Positions 9,045 to 18,543 of a stretch of DNA of 64,000 nucleotides are shown in pieces. The notes under the pieces were generated by a model. It saw only the letters and a program-made list of their open reading frames with translations. It was not told the DNA's origin and ran no database searches. Source of the stretch: Candidatus Latescibacterota bacterium (GTDB lineage Bacteria > Latescibacterota > UBA2968 > UBA8231); NCBI GenBank assembly GCA_965221775.1, contig CBDCSU010000006.1, positions 1,600,001 to 1,664,000 of the forward strand, given 5' to 3'. Within the stretch, counting starts at the first letter, position 1, and each line of letters opens with the position of its first letter. The position numbers were made by a program, and so were the translations under genes.

Positions 9045-10445
9045 ATGACTGGCCCAGGCGACCATGTGTTGGCAGAGCAGGTTCGGCAGGGCTGCGAGGA
9101 CGCCTTCGTACGGCTGGTCCGGCGCTACGAACGGACGCTGGCGCGGCTGATCCGCGACCGGGTCGGTGGCGGCGACCAGGTTGAGGATGTCCTGCAGGAA
9201 ACCCTGGTGCACCTCTGGAGCGGCTTGCGCCGGGACACGCCGCGCGATGTGCGGCCCTGGCTGCTGCAGGTGGCCCGCAACCGCTGCCGCGACTACTTCC
9301 GTTCCACCCAGCGTCGCGAGCTGTTCGTCGAGACGGAGGTCTTGGCGCCCATGGTCAACCGCCTCGGCGTGGCCCAGGCCCGGCAGCGGGAAGCCGCCGC
9401 GGCCGTGGTCGAGGCCATGGAGGAGGTCCCCTACCGTGAGCGGGCTGCCCTGCGAGCCTTCTATCTGGACGGTCTGAGCATTGCCGAAATCGCCGCCCGC
9501 CACCGCTGCCCCGACGGCACGGTCAAGCGCCGACTGTCCCACGGGCGCGACCACGTCCGCAGGGTGCTGGGCGTCACCGCCAAGATGAGGAGCAAGACCA
9601 TGGGCGCTGGACAACAACGGCCCTTTCCCCGGTTCCGGCCCGAAATACGCATTGCCTCGAGCCAGGAGGACCCCTTCCGCATTGACTTGAAGGAGATGGC
9701 CTGGTGGTTCATCGTGCCCGAGGTGGGCGACCGCGTTCGCCACGGCTCATACGGGCCTTCCAGAGACGGCGAGGCGCCTTGGAGGCTGTCCCAGACCGTC
9801 TCCCTTGCGGCCAGCCGCCCCGCGGTCATCCACGGCCGTCCCTGCGTTGAGGTGGAGGTGGAGGAGCACCATCTCGCGGCGATGGCGGGGGACCACACGC
9901 CCACCGAAAAAAAGGACCGCATCGTGAAGGTCTGGGGCCGCCTTGCCGATGACTCGGTGGAGTGGATGGCGGTGGAGTCGTTGGGCGCGGACGGCACTCG
10001 GGAACTGATGACCTTTCTCGACGAGGGGTTCCACGACGACTGGGACCCTTCGCCGCGCCTGATCGAGGATCGCGGCTGCCTTCGCCCCCAGGCCGACGGC
10101 TCCCTCACCGTTCAGGCCGCCATCCCCCAGATAACCGGAGCCGGGGTGTTCGAGGTGCGCATCGGCGAGCGGTGCTTCACCTGCATGCGCGTCTTCGACC
10201 TGGAGAAAGAGACCAGCGAACGCGACGTCCTGGTCGAAGCTTATGTCACACGCACCGGACGCACGGTGCTGTTCCGACGCTACAACGGCAACCGATGGGG
10301 CAAGAGAGACGCCCCTCCGCACGGTTGGGGCGAGGAGATGACCTGGGAAGAGGACCTTCCCCACAACCACCGCATGGTCATCGGCGGAATGACCTTCGTG
10401 CACTACTACGACAGCCTGACGGACACGGCCTGCGTTACGGAGTGA
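9045..10445 (+). CDS. ECF sigma-70 factor with a long C-terminal extension
   Basis: Region 2 (EDVLQET...WLLQVARNRCRD) and region 4 (LSIAEIA...GTVKRRLSHGR), followed by ~280 aa I do not recognise. Start approximate. Confidence 0.85.
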   Translation: MTGPGDHVLAEQVRQGCEDAFVRLVRRYERTLARLIRDRVGGGDQVEDVLQETLVHLWSGLRRDTPRDVRPWLLQVARNRCRDYFRSTQRRELFVETEVLAPMVNRLGVAQARQREAAAAVVEAMEEVPYRERAALRAFYLDGLSIAEIAARHRCPDGTVKRRLSHGRDHVRRVLGVTAKMRSKTMGAGQQRPFPRFRPEIRIASSQEDPFRIDLKEMAWWFIVPEVGDRVRHGSYGPSRDGEAPWRLSQTVSLAASRPAVIHGRPCVEVEVEEHHLAAMAGDHTPTEKKDRIVKVWGRLADDSVEWMAVESLGADGTRELMTFLDEGFHDDWDPSPRLIEDRGCLRPQADGSLTVQAAIPQITGAGVFEVRIGERCFTCMRVFDLEKETSERDVLVEAYVTRTGRTVLFRRYNGNRWGKRDAPPHGWGEEMTWEEDLPHNHRMVIGGMTFVHYYDSLTDTACVTE

Positions 10446-10510
10446 CGGCCGCGGCCGATCCTTGAATCACCCATAGCGCATGGGTCGACGGGCCTGGCGA
10501 GCCCCTCACT

Positions 10511-10849
10511 TCACTCGGGACGCCACGCCGGGTGGGTGACATGCAGCAGAAAGGCCCGTTCCGGCACGGTGATGATCGTCTGCGTCCCCTTCTCGATGAA
10601 GCCCAGGTCCCCCGCCTCGTATCGCACCGGATCCTGGCCCTCGACCTGGACCTCCAGGTGCCCCTCCAGCATGTAGAAGACCTCGTCGTAGTCGAAGTTC
10701 CACGTCAGCCGGCTGGGCTCGACATACTCGGTGAAACCGGCCGACAGCCTGTCGCCGGCGCTTCTGATGGGATCGGAAACCCGCACGGTGGCGCCGGGCG
10801 CATCATAGGCGGCCAGGCCCCTCTGATCCTTCTGCACTCTCCAGATCAC
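10511..10849 (-). CDS. EutQ-like cupin
   Basis: LSAGF...WNFDYDEVFYMLEG...AGDLGFIEKG...HPAW. Confidence 0.8.
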   Translation of the reverse strand: MIWRVQKDQRGLAAYDAPGATVRVSDPIRSAGDRLSAGFTEYVEPSRLTWNFDYDEVFYMLEGHLEVQVEGQDPVRYEAGDLGFIEKGTQTIITVPERAFLLHVTHPAWRPE

Positions 10850-10862
10850 GACGCAACTCCTT

Positions 10863-11741
10863 TCAGATGTATCCCGCCGAGGTGAGAATGTCGATCTCGT
10901 CGCTCAGCCGTTCGAGGACGTGATCGGGGTAGATGGACATGCGCTGGAAGGGAAGGTTGTCCCGCCCGATGGCCGGCATGTAGTTGAAGAACACCGAGCG
11001 CCGGATCGAATCGTTGGTGACGGGAAAGGCGTTGTGGGTCATCCCCTCCGAGAAGATGACGACGTCCCCGGGCCCGGCCAGCACCGGCACCGCCATCGGG
11101 TTCCTGCTCGCGTCGGTCATGTCGAAGGGACAGGGGAAGTTCGCCTTGTGGCTCCCCGGGATCGCGGCGAAGGGGCCGTTCTCCACGCGGGTCATGTCGG
11201 AGAGGATCACCACGCTCTTGGTGCTCTTGCAGGCGAACCGCCCCTGCGTGTGGTCGTAGTCGTAGTAGATGTCGCGGTCCAGCGGAAAGCCGCCGTTGTG
11301 GAGCCCGCCCCCGGCAACAGGTCCCACCTTCTCGATAAAGTAGGTCGCCGAGATGTAGACCGGGCCGCCGGCGAGCTCGCGGTGGATCGACTTCATCACC
11401 GGATCGCGCACGATGCGGTCGAACCTCCCGGTGCCGCACAGGGCGTGGTCGACCCGCCCGATGCCGCCGGTCCCGGGGTTGGGGCGCCGGTCGGGGCGGT
11501 GATCCCCCTTCCAGAAGGGGTGTTCCGGGTCGGACATCGCCGCGGCCAGAAAATAGCTGGCGACCCCGAGCCGGGTGTAGGTCTCGTAGTCGACGGGGAT
11601 CGCCTGAAGCTCGTCGATGCCGGCGTGGAACTCCGCCACCGCCGCCTCGTCGTAGTGGCCCTTCAGAACGATGTACCCCCGCAGGTCGAACTCGTACTTC
11701 TGCTCCGGGGTCAGGGCGAGGGCGGAATCAGTGGAGGTCAT
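10863..11741 (-). CDS. PhyH-family Fe(II)/2OG oxygenase, HxG variant
   Basis: QKYEFDLRGY, LHNGG, NGPFAAIPGSHK, GDVVIFSEGMTH, RRS. Confidence 0.88.
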   Translation of the reverse strand: MTSTDSALALTPEQKYEFDLRGYIVLKGHYDEAAVAEFHAGIDELQAIPVDYETYTRLGVASYFLAAAMSDPEHPFWKGDHRPDRRPNPGTGGIGRVDHALCGTGRFDRIVRDPVMKSIHRELAGGPVYISATYFIEKVGPVAGGGLHNGGFPLDRDIYYDYDHTQGRFACKSTKSVVILSDMTRVENGPFAAIPGSHKANFPCPFDMTDASRNPMAVPVLAGPGDVVIFSEGMTHNAFPVTNDSIRRSVFFNYMPAIGRDNLPFQRMSIYPDHVLERLSDEIDILTSAGYI

Positions 11742-11903
11742 GTTTCGGGTGCTCCTTTCTCGGCTCCTCGAGTCACTCATGCCGCAGCGCGTCGACGGGG
11801 CTCGACCACGCCGCCCGCAGGGTCTGCGAGCAGGTCGTGAGCACCGCCAGGACGAGGACGGCGGCGGTGGCGGCGGTGAAGACCCCCGGCCCGGGCGCGG
11901 CAA

Positions 11904-11932
11904 TTGACCTGGTTACTTGACCAAGTTAGTCT
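11904..11932 (+). promoter_or_regulatory. sigma70-like promoter with an operator palindrome for the phd-vapC pair
   Basis: TTGACC-N17-TAGTCT, with ACTTG-AC-CAAGT (11915-11926) inside the spacer. Confidence 0.6.
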
Positions 11933-11978
11933 ATCGCCAGACTGGAAACACCCCATTCCGGTGGAAGGTGAGCGGACC

Positions 11979-12212
11979 ATGAAAACCATGGGCATCTCGG
12001 AGTTCAAGGCGAAGTGCATAGAAGAGTTGAAGACCGTTCACGCTACGGGGGAATCCCTGGTCGTCACCTTGCGGAAGCGTCCCATCGCGACGGTCGATCC
12101 CTACCGGGAGACTCCACGCAAGCGGGAGCTGGGGACCCTGCGCGGGCGCATGACCATTCACGGCGACATCGTGGACTGTGATTTCGCGGACCACTGGGAG
12201 TGGGAAGGTTGA
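11979..12212 (+). CDS. Phd/YefM-family antitoxin
   Basis: MKTMGISEFKAKC...TGESLVVT...RELGTLRG. Confidence 0.88.
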   Translation: MKTMGISEFKAKCIEELKTVHATGESLVVTLRKRPIATVDPYRETPRKRELGTLRGRMTIHGDIVDCDFADHWEWEG

Positions 12213-12610
12213 ACTTCCTGATCGATACCCACGTGTGGATCTGGACCCAGGAGTCTCCGGAAACCCTGGGTCCCCATGCGCGCAGGGCCCTCGCCGCGGA
12301 AGAGAACCGCCTCTTCGTATCCCCGGTGTCGTCACTGGAGCTGGCGCAGCTCGCACGGGCAGGGCGCCTGACCCTGGCGGGCCGGCTGCAGACGTGGGTC
12401 TCGGAGTCGATGCAGGCGTTGCTTGCGGAGACGATCTCCCTCGACCACGAGACAGCGGTTGCGGCGTACGACCTGCCCGGAGAGTTCCATCGGGACCCCG
12501 CCGACCGCATCCTGGTCGCCACGGCGAGAGTCCACGACCTCACCGTGGTGACCGCGGACAGCCGCATCCTCACCTATCCTCATGTGATGGCGCTCGACGC
12601 GCGCGACTGA
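12209..12610 (+). CDS. vapC: VapC-family PIN toxin
   Basis: LIDTHVWIW, SPVSSLE, HRDPADRILVATA and VTAD motifs; TTG start overlaps the antitoxin stop. Confidence 0.9.
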   Translation: MNFLIDTHVWIWTQESPETLGPHARRALAAEENRLFVSPVSSLELAQLARAGRLTLAGRLQTWVSESMQALLAETISLDHETAVAAYDLPGEFHRDPADRILVATARVHDLTVVTADSRILTYPHVMALDARD

Positions 12611-12638
12611 TTCCTCGAGCCGCTGGCGCGCCGATCTC

Positions 12639-12683
12639 TGGGTGACAACCGCCCTTGACGTGGGTGATTATCACCCATATCGT
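12639..12683 (+). promoter_or_regulatory. Promoter with a palindromic operator upstream of DUF4143 ATPase 1
   Basis: TTGACG (12655-60), a 17-bp spacer that is the palindrome TGGGTGATTATCACCCA, then TATCGT. A 12/17 degenerate copy lies 22 bp upstream. The ATG is 6 nt after the -10, suggesting a leaderless transcript. Confidence 0.65.
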
Positions 12684-12689
12684 GGGTCC

Positions 12690-13919
12690 ATGGACACGGA
12701 TCACCTGCTGCCCCGTTTTGCCTCCGAGAGCCTGGAGCAGGCGCTGAGAGTCATGCCCGTGGCTGTTCTCACCGGCGCCCGACAGACCGGCAAGAGCACC
12801 CTCGCCCGCATGGATCCCATCGGGGCGGACAGATCCTACTTCACCCTGGACGACTTCGGCGTCCTCGAGCAGGCTCAACGCGAGCCCGACGCCCTTGCCG
12901 CACGGGCCGTGCGGATCACGCTCGACGAGGTGCAGCGGGTGCCGCACGTGCTGCTCGCCATCAAACGCCTCGTCGACGCGGACCGGGTCGCCGGCCGCTT
13001 CCTCCTGACCGGGTCGGCGAACCTGCTGCTGATGAGGGAGGTGGGCGAGACCCTGGCCGGCCGGGCCAGCTACCTGACGCTCTGGCCCATGACCCGCCGC
13101 GAGCAGGGCGGGTCGGCCCGGCCAGGGATGTGGACGGAGCTCCTGGATGCGGCTCCCGGCGCATGGCGGGATCTCCTGCTCGAGGAACCGGCGGAACCGG
13201 AGCCGTGGGCGGCCCTGGCCCGGCGCGGAGGCTACCCCGTGCCCGCCCTTGAGCTGACGGACGATGACGACCGGCGGCTGTGGTTCGAAGGCTACGCGGC
13301 CACCTACCTGGAGCGGGACATCCCGCGTCTGTCCGCCATCGAGGGCATCACCGACCTGCGCAGGTTGATGGCGGCCTCCTGCCTGCGCATCGGCGGGCTC
13401 TTGAACCAGGCGGACCTGGCCCGGGACGTGAGCCTGGCCCCGTCCACGGTGCAGCGGTATCTCGACTTGCTGGAGGTCTCGTTCCAACTGGTGCGGCTGC
13501 CCGCCTACTCCGTGAACAGGACGAAGCGGCTGGTCAAGTCACCCAAACTCTACTGGAGCGACACCGGCCTGGCCCTGCACCTGGCGGGCGACGCCCAGCC
13601 CCGCGGCGCCCACCTGGAGAACCTGGTGGTCTGCGACCTGCTCGCCTGGGCGGGGGCCCGCTTCGACAGGCCGGAGATCCTCTTCTGGCGGACCACCAAG
13701 GGAGCCGAGGTCGACTTCGTCATCGAGACCGGCCGGCGCCTGCTGCCGGTGGAGGTGAAAGCCGCGGCCACCGTCCACCCCGGGGACGTGCGGCATGTTC
13801 ACACCTTCCTGGAGGAGTACTCCGACATGGCGCAGTGCGGGATCCTTCTCTACGACGGCGACGAGACATTCTGGCTCACCGACCGCGTGCTGGCCGCCCC
13901 GTGGTGGCGGGTGCTCTGA
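12690..13919 (+). CDS. AAA_14 ATPase with DUF4143 domain (COG1373)
   Basis: GARQTGKS, LDEVQ, LLTGSA, GGYP, YLERD, KSPKLYWSDTG and EVDFV...PVEVK motifs. Confidence 0.93.
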   Translation: MDTDHLLPRFASESLEQALRVMPVAVLTGARQTGKSTLARMDPIGADRSYFTLDDFGVLEQAQREPDALAARAVRITLDEVQRVPHVLLAIKRLVDADRVAGRFLLTGSANLLLMREVGETLAGRASYLTLWPMTRREQGGSARPGMWTELLDAAPGAWRDLLLEEPAEPEPWAALARRGGYPVPALELTDDDDRRLWFEGYAATYLERDIPRLSAIEGITDLRRLMAASCLRIGGLLNQADLARDVSLAPSTVQRYLDLLEVSFQLVRLPAYSVNRTKRLVKSPKLYWSDTGLALHLAGDAQPRGAHLENLVVCDLLAWAGARFDRPEILFWRTTKGAEVDFVIETGRRLLPVEVKAAATVHPGDVRHVHTFLEEYSDMAQCGILLYDGDETFWLTDRVLAAPWWRVL

Positions 13920-13931
13920 CGACCGCTGCCC

Positions 13932-15851
13932 ATGAAGAGTCGATCCGATCTCGAGTTCTGGAGCCGACGCTCCAGCGCCGGCTCCATCGCCGCCAACCTG
14001 CGCTGGGCCTGGAGCCACATCCGGGCCCATGGGAGGGGGGCGGCCGTCGGTCTGGTCGGCGTCCACCTCCTGCTGGGCCTGCAGCCGGCCCTGCTCATCC
14101 ACGTCACACAGAACCTCGTCGACACCGTGGTCGCCGCCGCCGGGGACGGCCCCCAGGACTTCGGCGACGCCCTCCCCTGGCTGATCGCCTTCGGCCTGAT
14201 CCTGCTGCTCACCAACGAGGTCCTGTGGAACGTGCGGGACACCCTCAATCTGCGGCTGGAGCAGAACCTCTCCGCCGTCATGGGCCGCCTCGTCCTGGCC
14301 AAATCCTCGCGGCTGCCCCTGCTGTTCTTCGAGGCCAGCGGGACCTACGATCTCCTCCAGCGGGCCCGGGACCCGGGGCGCAAGATCGACCGGCTGTTCT
14401 TCTCGGTCCTGCACTTCTCCCAGGCGGCGATCACGGCGGTCTCGGTGGCCGCCATGTTCGCCCCGGTCTCGCCGTGGATCTCCCTGGCCCTGCTGGGGGT
14501 GCTGGTGCCCCAGGTCCGCCTCGAGGTCGGGCAGAGCCGCAAGTTCATGGCCTTCACCTACGGCGCCACCCCGGAGGAGCGCCGGGCCGGGTACGTGGAC
14601 CGCATCCTCACGGGGCGGGCGGAGCAGAAGGAGATGCGCCTCTTCGGCCTGCACGCGCCGCTCACCGAGCGCTGGCGGGGGATGCGCGGGGTGCTGCGCA
14701 GGCGAATCCTGGACCAGCGCCAGCGCTTGGTCGTGGGCGGGCTCCCGCTCGCGGGGCTGCGCGTCGCCGTGGGGGTCGGTGTCGCCGGCGCCCTGGCGTA
14801 CCTGCTCGGCGACCGGGTCCTGACTCCGGGACGCTTCGTCGCCCTCTTCCAGGGGGTCGACGACATGCTGGAGGCCGGCAGCAGTCTCGGGTTCAGCTCC
14901 TGGGACCTGCAGGTCCAGTCGGGCGAGGTCGGTTACGTTCGGGAGTTCCTCGACCTGCCGGAGCAGGGCGGCGCGGGAACCGCGATGGCGGGAGTCGCGC
15001 GGACCGGGGACTCGCCCTTCCCCAGACCGCTGCGCCAGGGGATCCGGGTCGACGACGTCCACTTCACCTACCCGGCGGCAGGGTCCGTCGGGGCGGAACC
15101 CGGCAGGGCTCCCGCCGTGCTTAGGGGTGTCGGCTTCCACCTGGCGCCGGGGGAGCGCGTCGCCCTCGTCGGCGAGAACGGATCCGGCAAGTCGACCCTG
15201 GCCAAAATCCTTCTCGGCCTCTATCCGCCCACGGCCGGACGCGTTCTCGCCGACGGCCTCGACTACGCCGGGATCGACCCCGACAGCCTGGCCGGCGCCG
15301 TGAGCGCCGCCTTCCAGGACTTCTACCGGTTCGAGCTGACCCTCGGGCAGTCGATCGGGATCGCGGCGCTGGCCGCGGTACCGGGCGAGGCCACCGACCT
15401 GTGGCCCTCCTGGCTGCACCCGGACCCGGCGGTGGTCGCCGACGCCGCACGCCGCTCCGGGGCCGAAGATCTGGCCCGGCGGCTGCCCGGCGGGTACGAC
15501 ACCCCCGTCGGCCACACCCTCGACGGCGGCCAGGGCCTCTCCGGCGGCGAGTGGCAGCGCCTCGCCATCGCCCGCGCCTTCACCCGCGATCCCGAGCTGC
15601 TCATCCTCGACGAGCCGGCCGCGGCCCTCGACCCCGTGGCCGAGGCCGAGCTCTACCGGCAGTTCGCAGAGCTCCTCGAGGGGCGCACGGCCCTGCTCAT
15701 CAGCCACCGCCTCGGCTCGGCGCGGATGGCCGACCGCATCCTCGTGCTGCAGGATGGCCGCATCGTCGAGCAGGGCCGGCACGACGAGTTGGTGGAGGCG
15801 CGGGGAGTGTACGCCGCCATGTGGGAGGAACAGGCGTCGTGGTACCGGTAG
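13932..15851 (+). CDS. ABC exporter, fused permease/ATPase subunit 1
   Basis: TM helices; GENGSGKS, LSGGEWQR, LILDEP, SHRL. Confidence 0.92.
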   Translation: MKSRSDLEFWSRRSSAGSIAANLRWAWSHIRAHGRGAAVGLVGVHLLLGLQPALLIHVTQNLVDTVVAAAGDGPQDFGDALPWLIAFGLILLLTNEVLWNVRDTLNLRLEQNLSAVMGRLVLAKSSRLPLLFFEASGTYDLLQRARDPGRKIDRLFFSVLHFSQAAITAVSVAAMFAPVSPWISLALLGVLVPQVRLEVGQSRKFMAFTYGATPEERRAGYVDRILTGRAEQKEMRLFGLHAPLTERWRGMRGVLRRRILDQRQRLVVGGLPLAGLRVAVGVGVAGALAYLLGDRVLTPGRFVALFQGVDDMLEAGSSLGFSSWDLQVQSGEVGYVREFLDLPEQGGAGTAMAGVARTGDSPFPRPLRQGIRVDDVHFTYPAAGSVGAEPGRAPAVLRGVGFHLAPGERVALVGENGSGKSTLAKILLGLYPPTAGRVLADGLDYAGIDPDSLAGAVSAAFQDFYRFELTLGQSIGIAALAAVPGEATDLWPSWLHPDPAVVADAARRSGAEDLARRLPGGYDTPVGHTLDGGQGLSGGEWQRLAIARAFTRDPELLILDEPAAALDPVAEAELYRQFAELLEGRTALLISHRLGSARMADRILVLQDGRIVEQGRHDELVEARGVYAAMWEEQASWYR

Positions 15852-17665
15852 GGCCCGACCCGATCCTGCAGCGCCCGCCGGCGCCGCGGACCCTGCTCCG
15901 CTTCCTGGTATGGATGGTCCGCACCGATCCCCGCCGGGCGATCGCCTCGCTGGCGCTGCAGTTCGCCGCCGGACTGCTGCCGGCCGCCACGGTCTGGATC
16001 GTCCGGGAGATCTTCGACCGCGGCCTCGACGTGTACGAGGGCCGGCTGGCCGTCGATGCCATGCTCCCGTGGCTGGCCCTGTGGGGCGCGCTGAGCCTGG
16101 CCGGGCACGGGATCTGGACGTGGTCGCGGACGATCCTGCTCGAGCGCCTGAAGCAGGCGATGGAGGACCGGCTCCTCGAGCAGCTCCAGGCCAAGTCCCG
16201 GTCCCTCCGCCTGGAGGTCTTCGAGCGGGCCGACTTCCACGACCTCCTGCGCCGCGCCCAGGAGGCCGCCACGCCCGGCTTCTTCCTCAACCTCCTCTTC
16301 GAGAGCTACACCATCCTCACGGGAACGGTGACCGCGGTCTCGGTGGCCGTCGTCGTCGGCCTCTGGGACCCGCTCCTGCTCCTCGCCATCGTCCTCGTCT
16401 CGCTGCCGTCGCCCATCGCCGGCGCGATCCAGAGCCGGTCCAGGTTCTACCTGCAACGCGAGCAAACCCAGTCACAACGCCTGCGCGGCTACCTGGAGAG
16501 CACCCTCACGGGGAGGGACGCTGCCAAGGAGGTGCGCGTCTTCGGCCTCGGTCCGGTCCTGATCGGATGGTGGGAATACCTCTACTGGAGGGTGGCGGAC
16601 CGGATCTACCGCCAGAGCCGGAGGCACTACGCCGTCGCCGGTACCCTGTCGGCCTTCAGCCTCCTGGGGCTGGCCGCCGGCGTCGGCTGGGCGGCGTGGA
16701 CGGTGCTGGACGGCGGTCTGTCGGCCGGGCAGTTCGCCGCCATGATCGTCGCCCTGCGCCAGGTGCGGCACGGCGTGGACGAGATCGTGGGCCGCATGGG
16801 CTTCCTCTCCCACTACCTGCTCAACATCGCCGACCTCTTCATCTACCTGGACCTGGGTCCGGAGGAGCCGCGGGGAGGCAGGAACATCGGCGCCCTCGCC
16901 GGGAGACCGATCGCCGCCCGCGGCCTCTGCTTCCGCTATCCCCAGGCGGAACGCCCCGCCCTCGAGGAGGTCGCCTTCACCATCCGCCCCGGGGAGCGGG
17001 TCGCACTCGTGGGTGCCAACGGCTCCGGCAAGACCACCCTCGTCAAGATCCTGCTGGGGCTGTTCCGGCCGACCGCGGGCGAGCTGCGCTACGGCGATCT
17101 CGAGGCGGAGGAGGTGGACCGCGACCGGCTGCGGGACCAGTCGGCGGCGGTCTTCCAGGACTACACCCGCTTCGCCTTCAGCCTCGGCGAGAACATCGGT
17201 TTCGGGCGGACCGAGAGGATGGGGGAGCGAAGCGAGATCGAGCACGCCGCGCGCCAGGGCGGGGCCGACACCGTCGCCAGCGGGCTCCCGGAGGAGTACG
17301 ACACCCTGCTCACCCGGGAGTTCGAAGGCGGCACCGAGCTGTCCGGCGGCGAGTGGCAGCGGGTGGCCATCTCCCGGGGGTTCATGCGGCGGGCCGACTT
17401 CGTCGTCCTCGACGAGCCGACCGCCTCCCTGGACCCGCAGGCCGAGGCCGACGTCTTCCGCCGATTTCTGTCCATGGCGGGAGGACGCACCACCATCGTG
17501 GTCTCCCACCGCCTGGGCTCGGCGCGCCTTTGCGACCGGATCCTGGTGCTGAAGGAGGGCCGGCTGGTGGAGAACGGCACCCACGACGAGCTGGTCGCCG
17601 GGGACGGGGAGTACGCCCGCATGTGGGGTCTGCAGGCGGGGTGGTATGACCGGGAGGTGCTGTAG
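15839..17665 (+). CDS. ABC exporter, fused permease/ATPase subunit 2 (probable heterodimer partner)
   Basis: GANGSGKT, LSGGEWQR, VVLDEP; GTG start after GGAGGA. Confidence 0.9.
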   Translation: MVPVGPDPILQRPPAPRTLLRFLVWMVRTDPRRAIASLALQFAAGLLPAATVWIVREIFDRGLDVYEGRLAVDAMLPWLALWGALSLAGHGIWTWSRTILLERLKQAMEDRLLEQLQAKSRSLRLEVFERADFHDLLRRAQEAATPGFFLNLLFESYTILTGTVTAVSVAVVVGLWDPLLLLAIVLVSLPSPIAGAIQSRSRFYLQREQTQSQRLRGYLESTLTGRDAAKEVRVFGLGPVLIGWWEYLYWRVADRIYRQSRRHYAVAGTLSAFSLLGLAAGVGWAAWTVLDGGLSAGQFAAMIVALRQVRHGVDEIVGRMGFLSHYLLNIADLFIYLDLGPEEPRGGRNIGALAGRPIAARGLCFRYPQAERPALEEVAFTIRPGERVALVGANGSGKTTLVKILLGLFRPTAGELRYGDLEAEEVDRDRLRDQSAAVFQDYTRFAFSLGENIGFGRTERMGERSEIEHAARQGGADTVASGLPEEYDTLLTREFEGGTELSGGEWQRVAISRGFMRRADFVVLDEPTASLDPQAEADVFRRFLSMAGGRTTIVVSHRLGSARLCDRILVLKEGRLVENGTHDELVAGDGEYARMWGLQAGWYDREVL

Positions 17666-17669
17666 AGGT

Positions 17670-18473
17670 CTACTGCTTCTTGCCCCGCGCGTTGGCGAGA
17701 ACCCAGACATCCCGGAAGAACTGCTGGCGAGCGGCGGACAGGCCGCCGATCACCTGTGGATTCATGCAGGGCTTGGGCTCGTGGTAGCGGACGGTCACGT
17801 GGTTGTACGCGATGAGAATGGCTCGGCGGGGGTGATCCGGGATGGTCCAGGGAGCAGCGGAGTGCCGCACCCCTTCCGAGAAAACGACGAGGCTGCCCGC
17901 CGGACAGCCGTAGGTCTCCCAGATCCCGGAGTCCGGATCATCCGCCTCCTCCGGCCACGCTCCGTCCTTGTGTGAAGCCAGATTCGCCTTGTGCGAGCCG
18001 GGCACGAGGCAGGTGCCGCCCCGACCCTTCTCGACCTCGTTCAGCTCCCAGACGATGCGCGTCATGCCGCTGTAGATGCGGCCGTCCTGATAGCGGTAGG
18101 ACAGGGAGGGATCGAGGTTCGCGCCGCCCGCGTGGGGCCGCCACGGGTCCTTGCCGCCGGCGGAGCGGCTGGAGACGAAGACGCTCTCCAGGCGGATGTG
18201 CTCGCGCTTGGGGGCGAGCACCGTCTGCAGGAGCCCCATGACCCTTGGATGATCGATGAGGAACTCCGCGGGCCCCGCGATCAGCGCGCGGTGATGCTCG
18301 GGCAGGCTCTCGGGATCCCGCAGCAGGATCTCCGTGTGCTGGCGCACCGTGCGGGTCTCCTCGTCGGTGAGCACTCCGGGGATGACCAGGAAACCCTTGA
18401 GGTCGAAGAGGAACTTCTCGTACTCCGTCATGGGCTGAACCGCGCCATCCGGCGCTGCACTTTGCGTGGGCAT
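17670..18473 (-). CDS. PhyH-family Fe(II)/2OG oxygenase, HxG variant
   Basis: EKFLFDLKGF, PHAGG, GGTCLVPGSHK, GSLVVFSEGVRH, RRA. Confidence 0.88.
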   Translation of the reverse strand: MPTQSAAPDGAVQPMTEYEKFLFDLKGFLVIPGVLTDEETRTVRQHTEILLRDPESLPEHHRALIAGPAEFLIDHPRVMGLLQTVLAPKREHIRLESVFVSSRSAGGKDPWRPHAGGANLDPSLSYRYQDGRIYSGMTRIVWELNEVEKGRGGTCLVPGSHKANLASHKDGAWPEEADDPDSGIWETYGCPAGSLVVFSEGVRHSAAPWTIPDHPRRAILIAYNHVTVRYHEPKPCMNPQVIGGLSAARQQFFRDVWVLANARGKKQ

Positions 18474-18543
18474 CGTTCAGACCTCTGGACTGGGAAGCGG
18501 CGACCGTCCCCCAATGAACCATGTCAGAACATGTGCTGCCAAC

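Noticed and set aside
17224-17236. gagcgaagcgag as a reverse-orientation copy of the element core
   Set aside because: It lies inside the ABC transporter CDS and lacks the flanking stem and arms.
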